From contig CM082581.2 of NCBI GenBank assembly GCA_040954595.2, positions 8,479,413 through 8,543,412 on the forward strand: a stretch of DNA of 64,000 nt. Direction: 5' to 3'. A program made the translations under genes and the position numbers. Below the pieces are notes generated by a model. That model did not search any database, had not been told where the DNA came from, and worked only from the letters and a program-made list of their open reading frames with translations. The DNA comes from Balanoglossus misakiensis. Its lineage: Eukaryota > Animalia > Hemichordata. Shown here piece by piece: positions 37,957-52,980 of this stretch; the first letter of the stretch is position 1; every line of letters starts with the position of its first letter.

Positions 37957-40900
37957 GATGGTTTATCTGCAAGAGAAAAAAAAGAAGACAGGATGTCAAT
38001 ACTATCATCATCATGTAATGATGCCTTCAATAATCATCTTGCGGGAATCTCATGATAAAAAATTTCCTGTGCGAAGAGATTACAATCCCATCGCATCACA
38101 TCAAAGCATTGCTGACATTTTGCTCAAATATGACATTGTATCAATTGCACATTGCATTAAAATTGACTGTGTCATTAATTCTGGTGTAATTACAAGAATA
38201 TGACTTGAGTGTGTGCCAAAGCAAGTGACAAAATCGGTCCTTGGTCAAAAGAGACAGTTCCTAAATTCACAGGCTGCACAACGCTAAATATTCAGGATTT
38301 CTTTTAAAATACTACTAAAATGTACCACTTGTACAACTTTGTTTGCAACATATAATTTTAAAACTCTCTCCTGCAGAGGCCTTCACATGACTGTCCTTAA
38401 AATCTAAACATTCATTTTCACCGAGTAATAGAACTTTTGAAACTATCATAAATCCTCTGGTTGATTGATAGCCAATTACGATGTTTCTGTCAAACGCTCC
38501 ACAACAGGGACTGCGTTCCATAATTCCAATTACATCCCGTCTTCATGGAAAATTAAAGTTGACAACATGAATTGACACAAGCCAAAGAGATTAGATCTTG
38601 TCTAACATTTCATTAAAAGCTTTTTCCTCGCCACTGAATATCATGTGCTCAATGCAAAACTCATTTACTGGCAGACAACTTTATTTAAATTATTCGAATT
38701 CCATATCAGAATTTCTCAATAATTTAATATGCCTTGTAACAAACTTTTGATATTATTAATTTTTAATCTGAAAACATTAATAATGGATAATTTCAATTTC
38801 TAAAAATATTCAATCATTTTCAGTAACTTGCTATGAAAATCTGTGGCAATATCTGCATGTACACGTACGCTGTATTTGAAATTCACGCACCAGATTGACA
38901 TGATCAACCCAACGCAGCAGTCAAAATGAAAGACTTGCTGCGTGGCGAGAATCTGCAAACGTGCCTCCGACAATGCGGTTACACTCGCGATCTGAAACGC
39001 AGCGAGTACGAAGGCAGTTCACTCAGAACTGAAGAGTAGATGCGTGATAGTGCCAACTGCAGTCGCACACACGACGCACCAATCATTGTGCTCGCACAAT
39101 GGAGACCTGATTACTCCTTTCTTGGATGAATCACGAAATCCTGACTCGTACAATCCAATGTACAAACGTTCATCAACACGCGAAGAAATCCCAGACAGAT
39201 TCTGTTCACAGTCACAGCGCTACTTTTCCGTTTTCTAGCTGAACGTATTACGTTTGAAAAGTGCCTCTTAACCACAGAATCGCCGAATAAAAATTCACCT
39301 TTCTGGTAAATTACGGAGCACGCTAGAAAATTACCTGCTCACAAGGAAAGCTTGCTTGAATGACAGTTTCTAGTCTGAGCTCGCATGCTAAACTTAAGCT
39401 AAAATCGTTCGTCTCTCTAATCAAATACATGTACTATACAATAGTTTTCTATGCCACAGTTATCCGAGAAAAATATCAGTGTCCACACTCCACAACACTC
39501 CAACACATCATAGAACGCATTCTGTAGAAGACCATTCCCCTTCTACGCTTAATACTGATGTGATACACCTTGGTTGGCAGGTTGGAGTTCTCCCCAAGGA
39601 ACGTCAGTCTAGATTGACGCTGTCACACGTTTCCCCGACTGCTTTTAGAATTCCATCACCATTCCCTTCGCGATTATCCTCCACTCTTCCTTTCTTTATC
39701 GGGCTAATTTTCTCCTCGGACTGCGGTGTTGTCATTTGCATTACAGTAGATTAGATTTTATGCAAATGTCTTCATGTAATGTGCATCTATATCGCGAACC
39801 ACTGCGTGCTTGAGTCACTGTATCTTGTTAACTAATCTGAACGCCTAGCTGCTCAGTACTTTTCGCTCCTGATGGACAGCTTGACAGTCTAAAGCCCACA
39901 TGAGGATACATTCAGGCAAGCATTCCTCACTTAATGAATCACCATTATTTTTTACTTGTAACGGCCACACGTAAGTAAAACGTCAAAATGGGAACATTTC
40001 CGTTCTGAATCAGGCATATTAGATTTACGTGTACATCTATTGTGTGCGGAAATCAACAGCGGCGATTCAGTATTCTGCTATTGCGGTACACGTAGCCACA
40101 CATACAATTAAACAGGTTTGCATCAAAAGATGGAGACAAAGATTTTATTGGCAAGACAATCGAAGAACAAGACGGTAGATTGAATTTGCGATGAAATAAT
40201 AATCAGGCCGCAAGTTTGATGCATAAATGCTCCCTCTGCCCAGTGAATAGCATTATCCGTGACATCACGTACATGTACATGTATACTCTAACACATGCTG
40301 TTGAATAATACTAACAATATCACTTTAGCAGTGGTCAATAGTTCAAAATGGACGACCATCATTTGCATAATTTCTGTCAAATTACCCCAGCTGCAGAAGT
40401 TCCTGTCAAATCATCATGGCTGCGAATGACGTGCCATAGACACATGGCTGCACAGAACTGAACTGTACCTCCTCCCCAGAGTATACAGTAAGCTCCACAA
40501 AAGGTTGAGGAACTCAAAACAGGGAACTCTGAATGGCACTCCCCAAAGAGTTGCAACTTCACACGCCTAATCAAATTTCAATTGAACGTCGGCCCCCGCC
40601 ACATCCAGTCAATTTATGGTCGGCAAACACAGCCATCTCTGGAGTAATTTGTCTGGATGCGGTCGTCAATTGAAAAATCCAGGTGTGTGGCTTCCCAGAG
40701 ACAAGGAAATCGCGACAGAGATCGCATTTTATGAAGAAAACAAGAGACAGACAGTCTCGTTTTTGGACCAAGAAGAACTACTGAAGTGCACCACGCATCA
40801 CTGAATGATTAAAAACCGTCATCTAGCTACTCAGATATTTCATAACAGGAGTTTAATTTGCAATCCGGCATCCATGGCATCACATGTTGCATACATTAGA

Positions 40901-43900
40901 CACACACTTTTAATTCACGAGATGCGTTCTTTGAAGATGTTTGAGTTTTAACGCAAAACGGAAAAAGTATCGCGGACACAAGCGATGTGTGCGTGTACCT
41001 TTTTCACACTGCCATTTCGTGATGAATCTTTTCTATCGCCACTATCGAATGAATATCCGTGTGTCAGACAATAATTGCAGTTCCCTCGATTACAGCATTG
41101 TAACACGTTTACACTCTGAACCCAGGTGCTGGGAAGACTGGAGATTTTCATTACGATCATCTTGTCACTGAAATGAGAAATTTGCTGAATGGACAAGAGG
41201 CCAGTGACACATCCTGACATCATTACAGCTGCTGGTATTGAAAATGTTGATTTGTGACCGGCTACAAAAAGTGAAACGAGATAAAGCCAATTACATGGAT
41301 CAGAAATTATCTCGAATACAATTCAGAAACACTAAACAGGTTTTGCTCCCCAAAAGACCAGTCCAGGGAAGTCTGCGTTTCCGGACTTCATTTTAGCAGG
41401 GACTACAAAAAGCAAGACGATGCAGCCAAGCAACTATCAGTCAACATTTCCCAGTTTCAGCTGCAGCTGTGCAGATCTCTTAATCTTCTGCCTGACAACA
41501 AGTCATTAAGACCTACATTTGTACATTTATAAAATGTTATTGACAAAATTTTATGTCCAAACCTGGATTCTCCATTATTCATTTACAACGTAATGATGCC
41601 TCGGAATGGATTTGTGTATTCAGCTTGACATTACTAGTCAAGGTACGTGATGTATGGTAGGATCAATGGACAGCCTGGCCCGAAATCTGATTTTGAATGT
41701 TTCACTGGTAAATTTTTCCCACAATGGCTTTGCTTGATTGTACAATGGAGAATTTGTACTGTACAGTTAATACATGTACATGTATGCTTGCATATTGTCA
41801 TTTCATATTAAACAGGGAACAGCTGGTTTTTTGACGCACAAACACTTCACATGTACATACACATGTTTTCCACAGATTTCCTGTCAATAATAATTCACGA
41901 CTTTCCGTATTCAAAGGATAAAATTAAAATCTACGCAGATATTTTAATGAAATACACTGTCCAGTGAACACGAAGCCACTCATCCTCTTTTGCACATCCA
42001 CTTTCTCTTCTGTCGTAATAAAATCTAGGTTGATTTCAAGACTTATTTGCAGGAACAGACATATTTGTTTCTGGTTTGGCAAACACAGTTAATACTGAAA
42101 GCAGTCATGCAAACTAAATATGCCAGTGCATGTAATTGTAAAGAATTATACACCAAACTTTCAATATAATATCTTAGGAAATCGATGGCAATATTGTTAT
42201 ACCGGTATATGCAAATGCAATGTTTGGAGCAGGGTTTGTTCACTCTTTTCAAACACCTAACATTAGCTGCTTCTTCATTTTGTGGTCTACGTGATGAATC
42301 GTCTTTTATGTATTTGACAGTGGTGATATATGTGCTCAGACAGTATGGTTTAGCCTTGATGTTTACCATTGAATTGGGGATCCCCTCAACTGAAATAATT
42401 GGAATGGGAAGGCGAAATAATATAATAAAGTGCAGGACTTACTTTTCTGTGTTTCACAATACATGTACGTCTATAAAATAGAGTGTTTTCTCATCATCCG
42501 CAGCTCTGACTCCGCAAATATATCACTGACTAAAGCCTACACTGTACACTATTCTTCCCTGGGAGCAAATATTTGCACTAGAAATTGCCTCAGAGGCACA
42601 ACATAAATCCATTGTCTGAAGACAAGACATATGGATTTCTCCGCCATTTGTGTGCCTTTGCACAGCATCACACCATATTGACATAATCATTTCAGAGTCT
42701 TCTTTGTGTGACAGTCAATGCTTGTGGATTCAAAATACCAGAGTGGGATCAACCACATTAAAATTGATCTGCATGTTGGAAAGAGCTTTCCATATTGGAT
42801 CTATTATTACCAGCCGTGCCAATGAATCAACTCGCTTCAGATTAAGTACATATTTTATATATATATGATTTTTACTTTCTTCAGGGATTGGTTATTCAAA
42901 AAGTGTTGATTGAAAATGAAATACTGTGTCACGTTGGCATGCTTAGATTTGCATAGGCTGGCTGTCAGATAAGACCGCTTCACTTTGCAACCGTTGTCAA
43001 ATCAGGTGGTCCCTGACTGTAAAATGCTTGCAGTGGCTTTTGTCCAATCAACAAGAGTATTACTGCGTTAGTCTTGGATCACAAATTTTCACTATGTCTA
43101 TTCTTCAATGGCGTGACAACAGGGACTCATTTTGGTTTTTGCTATCTGTCATAAGTGCTGTTGTATCAATCAATCACGGATACTCTGGGTACATACATGA
43201 AACTAAAGTGACCCTGAAAATTTTTGATGACAAATGATATCCGTCCCCATGCCACATCACAACTGAAAGGTAGAATTTGACAGAGTTCAGGATTTCTGTA
43301 CGTCATCAAAGAGCACTGATGGATAGCTTGGGGAGAAAAGTACACATATGGTTCCATTATGAAGAATGGAGCTGTCATTGTTGATCAGTTGAAAAAAAGA
43401 AGAAGATAAAAGTGACTAGATCTGCTTCAGTTTTGGTTAATTAAGACAGTTCAGTGTTCTTTGGGAGCGTAAACTTAAAATGGATGCGATCTCAAATATC
43501 TGTGCATACATGTACCTCACCTGGTTACTAGCATGATTCAGTCTCACAGACACTTGACGAGAATACTGATATCATTTGTACTTAGTCCGTGTGTGACTCA
43601 CTATTACCTTTTTCATCAGTTAGAATAAGCTTTTGTGGGTGACATATAATGTTGACCTCAATAACACACACAGATAAAGTTCCTAGAAGATGCTGCTGCC
43701 AAATCTGTGATTCAAATGCATTTTTTTTCTTCCAAAACGATCACGAGCACACACCCGCACAAAAGGATGACCTGGTGGGGTCACGTGACCTCACCTCTGA
43801 AGTATAAAGCTTGTAGCAATTTAATCAGAAAGCGGGCTAAGGCACCGGTAGTTACAATCACATTTAATTACAAACACGGGATTACGAGATAGTACAATCT

Positions 43901-46900
43901 GTGGTGGTGCCTCACAAAAAGCGCATCAACCACGCTCTGTTTGAACGAGAGAGAGAGAAAAAAAGGTGAACGGATGAGCAAACTGTGTGTCACTGTTTGA
44001 ACCAGATCTGGTAACATTTTTACACGTGTCCCTCAGGAGTTTGCATCATAAAACCACACTGGACTGAAAGTTCTGAAACCCGAGAATTCATGGCTTGGCC
44101 GCCAGGACTAATTCTCTTTCATCATCCCGGTACATGAACTCACAACGACCTATACATCTATCTCATTTTCTAGAATCTTATTTCCAAATTGTGACGGCTT
44201 ACACTGCCAATCCCCAGCTCCAAGAACATTTAGCATGCCTCTCTTGTTTTATTGTACTTCACTGGGGTCACTGCGACCTTTACATACATTTACATTTGTA
44301 CATAATGTAGTTCTCCTCAGGATTTTGTAAAGCATTGCAGCTAATTAAAATAATTATGCAAAAATTGAATGACAGTTGTTTACAAACAAATATGTGAAAG
44401 CAAAATGCATATCCAATATCTGGGAACAATTTGGAATAAACAATAACAAATTTAAAAATATTCCATGATGAGTATGATATTACAGCAACACATTGCCATG
44501 TAACCCAAACAGATCAAATTCAATCAACCTTTCACTGCAATGCTGATGCGGGCAGCAAAAAATAACAGTTTCTGTGCGTCAGATTTTTATAATTGGCAGC
44601 CCCTTTCCAAATAATTACAAGCCAAGTTCAACGAACCGTGAGCAAGATGTACAAATGTACCTTGTCCACCCCAATCAACATGTCAATTATTTCTTCGTTT
44701 TATACAGCAAGTCCCATCAGAAAGATCAGATTACCTTTGTTGAACATGCCAGGGGCCCTCCGTCGCATTCTGAAACGGCCATGCAACACTATCTGTCTTG
44801 AAGTCCGACCTATCTCTAGCGTTTATCACGTTTCTTGAAAAGCTAGCACCATGATGCACGTACATTGCCCAGTATCTATCACACCCCCTCTGGGCCACTT
44901 AAATGTTTTTAAATATTTCAAAGCCCCCAGTAAGTTTCAATTTCACCAGAGGGGCCACCGAGAACAAAACCCGCCTTTCTATCTAGATTCTATTGCAGAA
45001 TATCGTGAATATTCATAACTGCCACAAACCAGAAACGCTCATTAATTTTCACGAGCATCAACCGAATTGAAGGGGGCAGTCCTGTCATAGGGCGTGTTGT
45101 TTTACTGTCTCCAAGACAAAGTTTTGCATTAAGTGGATATGTCACAGGCTCGTAATTCTCGACAACACGCAAAATGACGTCAGACAAGAACCCATTTACA
45201 GCGATTCCTATATTTCTCGCGATTTAAACGTTCGGCATTTCCATTTCTACCTGGCATTGTTTGCGCTCGTTTAATACCCATCCCCGCACAAGTTATGATC
45301 CGTCGAGAGATAATGGACGAGAAGTCGATGGTAATAAACGTGAGACCACAGATTTACCGAGCATAAACTAACTGTCCCCCATTTCTTGGGTTACTTACAA
45401 TAACGGGGAGAAATATATTGAACTACGGGCAATTTTCTTCAAACACCATTACCTGTAATCCGTCTCACTCACCACAGCATGGCGTCGACATCATGAAAAA
45501 GCTTTCCGCAATGAAAGAATATTTCAGGTGCACATGCAACCATATTAATAATTCTCCACAGACATCAACGAGTGATCGAATCAAGAGCAACAAATTGTAC
45601 AAAACGCAATAAATGAAAGATTCCAGTTTGAGGTAATTGGATTTTATGAGAAAAACTCAACATACCTGTTTTCAATTGTCTTGACAATCTAATAGATGTG
45701 CGAAAAAAGACTTCAGCCAATTATTTGCAGGCAACGTCTGGGAAGCTGTTGAGAAAAACCATAACGAGTCTGGATGAGGACACAAACCATCACAAAATAT
45801 TTTACGTCGTCAGAATAATACATGTAGTTTTTTTTCACTTCAATCTTAATTAATTACACTGTACTACATGTAGCTTCAATTACATTCTACATTAACCTCG
45901 TGCTGGCAATTAAATCAGGCTAATTCAAAACATGAATAACAGAATAAAATAATTTGCTCGAGTTGCCTGAAGTTTTGATTACAGCACAGTGATGGAGGTG
46001 ACAGTTATAAATGCGAATGGCACACTGCAGAACAGTTTGGAAACCCTCGGTGATCAGCTCAACAAATCTTTGTTGCTATGTTATGAGCTGCCATGGAAAA
46101 TGAGAAATTGTGCAGAGCGGCATTTTGCCAACTGATCAGAGATGAATGGAAGATGAAGTCAACCCAGGGCATTGGCCTGATGGATAATATAACCACTAGA
46201 ATTTTGAAAACTGCACACACAACAGAAGGAAGTCCATTTAAAAAAGTACATGTACAACTACGCGATATAGAAATGTCCATTGTCGTGATGCACAATGTCC
46301 TCAGATTTTGATGAACGTTATTGCTTTTGATTGCAATGTGAGCAGAATTGCTGTCAGAATAAATTGCGGCTGGTTTCTTTCAATATTGCCACAAGCAGTC
46401 AAATCTGTTGACATTGCGAGGGAAGTGTTCTTGAATGCATAATTGCAGGGACCCAAATACTTCAATGCCCTTTCCAAGTTCAATGTACGAATATTGGCGC
46501 AATGTGAATAGTGAACTGTTGCGTGCCGTTTTCGTCCCTTGCCGATCTTATCCCCGCGCATGCACTCACACTCAAACATGGTTTCTACATTGTATTCATA
46601 AAATGGCCCAAGACGTTGCAGTGTCTTGAGAAATGAAACTAAAACCGTTGCACTCAGAGTATCAGTGCAATAAACCACACATTGTAGGAAGTCACATTGC
46701 AAATATTTCTAATGATAAATTTATATAACCCTGACTACACAGTACATGTGTACCATTTGGCATTTTGACTTGACTGCCTTAATGCAACCACAATGCATAT
46801 TAGAATATGGTTGGACTCACAATGAAATATCACAGTTCAATTTTGCAATATGCCCCAAGCAAATGTAAATTTGTAAATGTTATCCTTGTTTCATCATTAT

Positions 46901-48687
46901 TATTGATAAAATTATTGAATATTTTTTAATCTCTAGATCTAAAAGATCACGACTCATTTTCATATTTTTATAGTTTTTGATATATATTGTATTCGTACAG
47001 ATATAAAATGAATACCAACTGAAGCGTATGACCTAAATATTTATAATCATAGCGGCCTGCCCTCAGGCTGGTGTTCTTCGATGAAGGCAACAAATGTCAT
47101 CAGTTCAGGCATTTCAAGGCTGTGGTAAATCCCTTGAGCAGACTGCAAATTGTGATAGTATGCTCAAAGTAATGTGCTATTATTTACCTAACATTACACC
47201 AGCCAAGCAAGTGAGGACTTTCCAAGGTGCTCCATGAACTACACTGGGTTATCCAAACATGTTCAAAGCCGCAAAAAGTATTTTTTTTTTTTATATTCCT
47301 GGTCTCATTACAATATTGTATTTCACATTTGTGTTATCAATCATCATGAAAATATTACCAATATGGACATAAACTAGCTGTGAATATGTCTATTTTTAAT
47401 TATTTAATGTATTTTTCAGGACTAAGGGGGTTTACATGTTGCATCTAACTTAATCACTTTTGATTAAAACCCACCATAAAAAGAAACGATGTCGACCCTC
47501 CAAACTAGTTTGACAGTTTGTGTACATTGCATTGAAATTGAATGCAATGTCCTATTCTGTAATTCTGTTCCCCCACTTCCGGGACTGCAACTGAAAGCGA
47601 TGGGGAATGCGCTGGCTAAAATCCATCTGTTAGCTACTTCTGGCATATGGAGAGCGCCTCTTACGCAAAAATCATCGCCTTGTGCAATATATTGGCGACT
47701 CTGTTTAATGGGAATAGTTCGTGGTGAAATTTTATAGGTGGGGTTACTCGCCGCCATCTTGGATGTGTGAAACAATACCATGTACACTAAGCTATGCGTG
47801 CCCTTTGGAAAACTCCGTTTCAACGATTTATCTACACTACGCGGACTCGGTCAACGGCATACGTTTTAAACAGGAGACTTGTTAAATGCCGACATTCACA
47901 TTTACGTAACCTTGGAAAGTTTGGTGACCATGTTGGAGGAACACATTGCCACATCTTTGTTTTAATTTTAGAACAGGCTCATCACTGAGTACATACACAC
48001 ATAAGTTTTGTATGGCTTTGGCGACGCAAGCCAAGCTGGCACACAACAAAGGAATAATCTCGGATGATCTTACCTAACGTAAATCCTCCCTGATAAGTCC
48101 TTCCACCTCAGAAAGTCTACGATCGCTGTAGAAATGGTAAAAGACGCAGACCCGGCCCAACTACAATCTGTCAGACAGCCGCTTCGGTTTACTGAATGAG
48201 TAATCACCCTTGTTTGCATATCATGGCAACAATTTAACGTTGGGGACGCTAATCAGACTGATTACGCATTCGGAAGCCATGGCCGGCCGGCAGATGCGTG
48301 TATTGATTGCGTCAGTTGCTTATCAATATCATAGATACCAGAGGAAGTTTTTATCCAGTACCTGTGGTTTTATCGGTTCCATTGGACGGGCCATCGTTTC
48401 CAGTTCACCGACTGCTATTCAAAATGAATGGACAAGAGAAAAGGTTCACCCTCCGCCAAATAATGACAAAAAACACAAGCACAATGTTGAGCAAATTTAG
48501 AGAGTAGCCCACGTTAGAAAAGAATGCATGCTCAAAAACGAAAACAATATACACACATTTCTTTCTTTAATTTATTACTCAGCTCAAAAAATATATTTCA
48601 ATGTAATTCCCTGATGCCAAGGACACATCACTCAAATTATATGCTTTTGCATTTTGGAATGCGAGAACACGGTTCAAAAATGACTCC

Positions 48688-51542
48688 TCATAATTTGGGA
48701 ATTTGTTTCATGGCGCTTCTGTCGTGAAGTGATGCGACCTCGAGTGCTTCGACGACTTCTTCATAAATGGATTCCTTCATTTTTTGCAATGTGGTCCGAT
48801 CGAATCCATTTTGACCTGAAATGTAATGGATGCAGAAACAACGACAAAAAATAATGACCATACTGCGTAAATCTTCATCCATATGCGACAACTAAAAATG
48901 TATTATTTCCATCTATAATATAGGCGCTACGAAAAAAATAGTTTCCATAGTCACACTCACTACGCATTTTTTGTTTTACTTTTCTCATCTATGTATGTTC
49001 ACAAAAATAACTTAATCACGCATTATAGCAAAAACGTTACCTATAGTTTGGACGGCCAGCTTCTTGGCGAAATCCAAAAGTTCCTCTTGGTCTACAACCG
49101 CGTCCAGAATACCAGTTGGCAAAAGTTCTTCAGAGGTGTATCGTTTACCAAACACGATCATGTCTCGCGTCAACTTTCCGGCTGGTATTTTGTGCCTGGT
49201 AGTGAAAAATAAAATAAAAACAGATATACAATCTACGGAGCGGTATGAGAACGGGGGGGGGGGGGGGGGGGGCAGATATACAGGGTGATGAAGAAAAGTG
49301 ACGAAGAATTTGTCCTCGGTAAAACTGATTTGTTTCTGTTATGGTCGCTAGCTCTATACCGAAACGAGACAGTCAGTTGTGTGGAGTGACAGTGGTTACA
49401 TAATGAAAGGGACGAACAATACTTTTATACATGTTCCATACCCGCCGTTTGGTGGCGACATTTAAAATTTCTGAACAGAGCGCACTCTCCTCGCATGTCA
49501 GCATGTCAGAACCGACCGAGTTTCGATCCCTTTGCTGTTCCAGACAAAACTTTTTACCAACAGGTGCGAACCAGTCTGGCACTTTACGCACGTTTTTAAT
49601 ATATATTTAGATTTTATTACAAGCATCACTGTTTGGCTAAATAATTTAGACCCCGACAATTCTGATAGGTCATTTTTACTTCCCGCACACCCGAAACAAG
49701 CAGACCTCGGCACTTGTGATTGGTCAATTGCGTTATGCTCTCTTGGAACAGGTGAGCAGCGTATGAGCGGTAGACAATAATTTACATGACCCGAGCGTTG
49801 ACCCGATAATGTTTGTCCGCTTTTCTAAAATCTCAAAATTACGCTTTTTGATTACTTTCGTAATAAAGGCTGCAGCACATGGGAAAGTATCTGAGCAAAT
49901 ACTCGTTCGAGAACTTTCAGCTATTTTTTCTCGTGTGCGACAGCTTTTAGTTAATAAAGTTGTCGATGACGTCAATAACACATCTATTACAGTGCTGTTT
50001 TTCATACCCGCCGTTGGTGGCGACATTAAAAAAAACAGCACAGGGATTACTGTCGGCATGGTCTGCATATGTCAGAACTATGTCTCTATCGCTTTGCATT
50101 CTAAAGCAACTTTACGTGCGTGTTCAATACATATTTATGTGTTTTTTTTGGTGAACAAGCATGTTAACTTAATTAGTTCACACTTTATAAGTTGACTGTA
50201 TTGCTCTCGAGTGCGGCTGTCTTTAGTAATTTTTTTCTCGTAAGGAAAACCAATATCATTCATGTCGGATTAAAAGCAAAAAAGAAACCTCAAAGTAATA
50301 GAAAAAACGTCCGCACACGAGAGAACATTACTTGAAGAAATCCTTCGGGTGCCTGTTTGCTCAGCTAATGTTTAAATAGAGATTTAATGCATACACGCTG
50401 AGCCATTTAGGATAAACTAGTATTAATGATATGTTTTTTAATAGACTGACTCTATGTTTTGTGAAATATGCACATTTAAACGTAATTGAATTGATTACCT
50501 CAGGAGGACTTTCAATGCGTGAGGAAATAACATCCTGAGTTGTATTTCCGGTAAACAGAACCACCCTCGTTTTGTCCTCATCACCCGGAAGTCGTGGCTC
50601 AGGGCAAAGATGCTGCCGCCGGCGTAACTGTGTCCTGGAGAGAAGATGAGTATTGGAAGCATCGCTTTACATGACGAGTGTGGTATAAGGGAGTGGAGTC
50701 ACCGCCCGTCATGTAAAACTTGCGTTCTGTGTGATGTGGGTGGAGATGATAGGAACGGGTGAATCACCAGGTGAATTCGTAAGTGTTTCTGAGAAGTTTC
50801 ATCTGTGTTGGCGGCGATGAAAGCAGGGCAGTATACCTCTACATGAAGTTCTTTTTTTTTCTTGCAGATCCAAAGATAAACTTACCGTTTATTGCTGCGA
50901 TTGTTGGAACAGGAAAGGTGAGTACACGCTTGTAGAGTTGATAGAACAGTCGGAAGAAAATGTTCATGGTTTCTTCGTTCTGCTGGCCCAACCATTTTAA
51001 GTCTAAGCCATTGCTGTAGAACTTGCCAACACCGACTGTGATCAACGCCTGCACGTTGGCATTCCTGGATCGAAAAGATGATAGGCATATCTAGCACATC
51101 TCGAATATTTGCAGGAATAGAATTCTGGTGTTGGACTGTTAATTGCCGTACACCCCCAGCAAAGGCAACGAGTCGATCTGTGATACTGAAACCTTACCTC
51201 ATGTAGTGGTATCGAACTTGGAGTTCAGCCAGTGGCCCAAACCTCAACAGCGCATATTAGTGCTGTCATATCCGAGCTGGCCTGCATGTAGCGATCACTC
51301 AGTGACCTATACACACTCCATAATAAACCACCGCAGCCAAACTGCGTCTGCACAGCTATTTGAGTGGTGTGGGTGCAATACACACGTTGTTATACTTACT
51401 CCTCCACTTGATCCAAGGCCTCAAGGAGACGTGTCAACGAATCAATATTGTACCTGTTCTCGCCATCGTCCATATAAATAATGGCGAGATTATCTGAAAA
51501 TTCAACCCGGTATTTAACATCCGAAGTACCGGCGTGCGACAT
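48688..51542 (-). CDS. Peroxisomal enoyl-CoA delta-isomerase-like crotonase, tandem copy A, ~246 aa, C-terminus -PKL
   Basis: Exons 51542-51400, 51064-50886, 50634-50499, 49195-49041 and 48815-48688 are in frame with no stops. Crotonase motifs GKFYSNGLDL and [16 protein letters not shown]...HDFRVMR...FCLPE. Confidence 0.88.
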
Positions 51543-52316
51543 AATTGCACATTCAGAAAGGTTAAAGTACAAAGATCATTTCTGTTTTGCACAGTGCGCT
51601 GGGCAAAGTCAAATGCATTGAAAGATTTCCTCTAACGACCAAAGAGAACAAATCTTTCGTTTTCATACAACTCATGACTGGTGTACCACGCCGCCACTTC
51701 CTATTGAAATCACTAATTAGGATTAGGAGCTAAGACACTTGGAAAAATTTGTGGCGTTCATACTGTGGTATTGCTATATCTAAACTTTGGAGGACACGGA
51801 ATGCAAATTTAGCAATCAATTTACATGTTTAGTTTTGGCGATCGAGTGTATCTTATAAGTATCAACTAAATTGGATTAAACTTTGCAGGTACTTTGATCA
51901 TTTGAGTGCGTATTGAGCATGCTGCTACCTCATTTATACAATCAACGACATTTTGTTCGCTCTGTCTAGGCTTCTGTAGTGTACATGGATATGTTTACTT
52001 GGAAAAGCTCAGCAAGGGTACAGACTTTGGATTTGTAGCAAGTTTTGACATACTAAGCAAATTTAGAAAATAGGTCAGACTTCCATAATTTGTTTCCATG
52101 TTTACAGGTGACCTTTCGCCTACTTTTGAATTTCCTGACCGTCAGTAGGATGCAAAGACCTAGGTTTCAGTTGCTATGGCCTATTACGGAAACAATTAGT
52201 TTGCCAAAATTGTGACTTTTCACCTTCTTTGCACATGTCAGTATCTATAATGGTTGCAAACCTGACGCTTTGAGTTTCAATGGGACAACTAAATTGAGTT
52301 TGATACAAATTAACGG

Positions 52317-52980
52317 GCCCACCCTTGACCTTACCCGTTTCAATTATTTCAACATCAAGGCAGTGTTGGGGTAATATATGACACAGACACAAGTATTTCA
52401 TTTTAATCTAGTTCATTGAAAATTTTAATTTCAGTTTTGAAACCAAAACAAAAGAGGATACATGTATACAGTATTATCTGAAGATTTACAATATGAAAAA
52501 AAAGCAAGTACATTACTTCTGTAAAGCTCAAAACATTTTCGTTGTCTCCATTGATGAACAAAATCAAAGAGTTGTAATTTTCTCAATCATGCCAAATTTT
52601 CGAAGGAAATGGACACTTCGTCCTAAGCTTGGTTGCCCACCTTGACCTTACCAGTTTCAATTATCTCAACATCAAGGCAGTGTTGGGGTAATAAATGACA
52701 CAGTCACAAGTTTTTCATTTTAATCTAGTTCATTGACAATTTTAATTTCAAAGTTTGAAACCAAAACAAAAGAGGATACATGTATACAGTATTATCTGCA
52801 TACTTACAATGTGAAAAAGGAGCAAGTACAATACTTCTGTGAATCTCAAAACATTTTCGTTTTTTATTGATGAACAAAATCAAAGAGTTGTAATTTTCAC
52901 AATCATGCAAAATTTTCGAAGAAAATAACAGTTACAGCTGCATCGCGGGAAATGGACACTTCCGTCCTAAGCTTGGTTGC
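52317..52980. repeat. Tandem duplication of a ~320-bp unit (52317-52635 and 52636-~52980)
   Basis: gcccac(c)cttgaccttacc...aggcagtgttggggtaa...gaggatacatgtatacagtattatctg...aaatggacacttc..cctaagcttggttgcc is present twice with high identity. Confidence 0.9.

Noticed and set aside
40616-40804. ORF containing DQEELL, also found in isomerase exon 4
   Set aside because: A six-residue coincidence on the opposite strand with no flanking similarity
46059-46702. Cluster of short ORFs on both strands upstream of GNG
   Set aside because: No recognisable motifs and no consistent splice structure
48688-51542. Isomerase copy A as a pseudogene
   Set aside because: All five exons splice in frame with canonical sites and no internal stops
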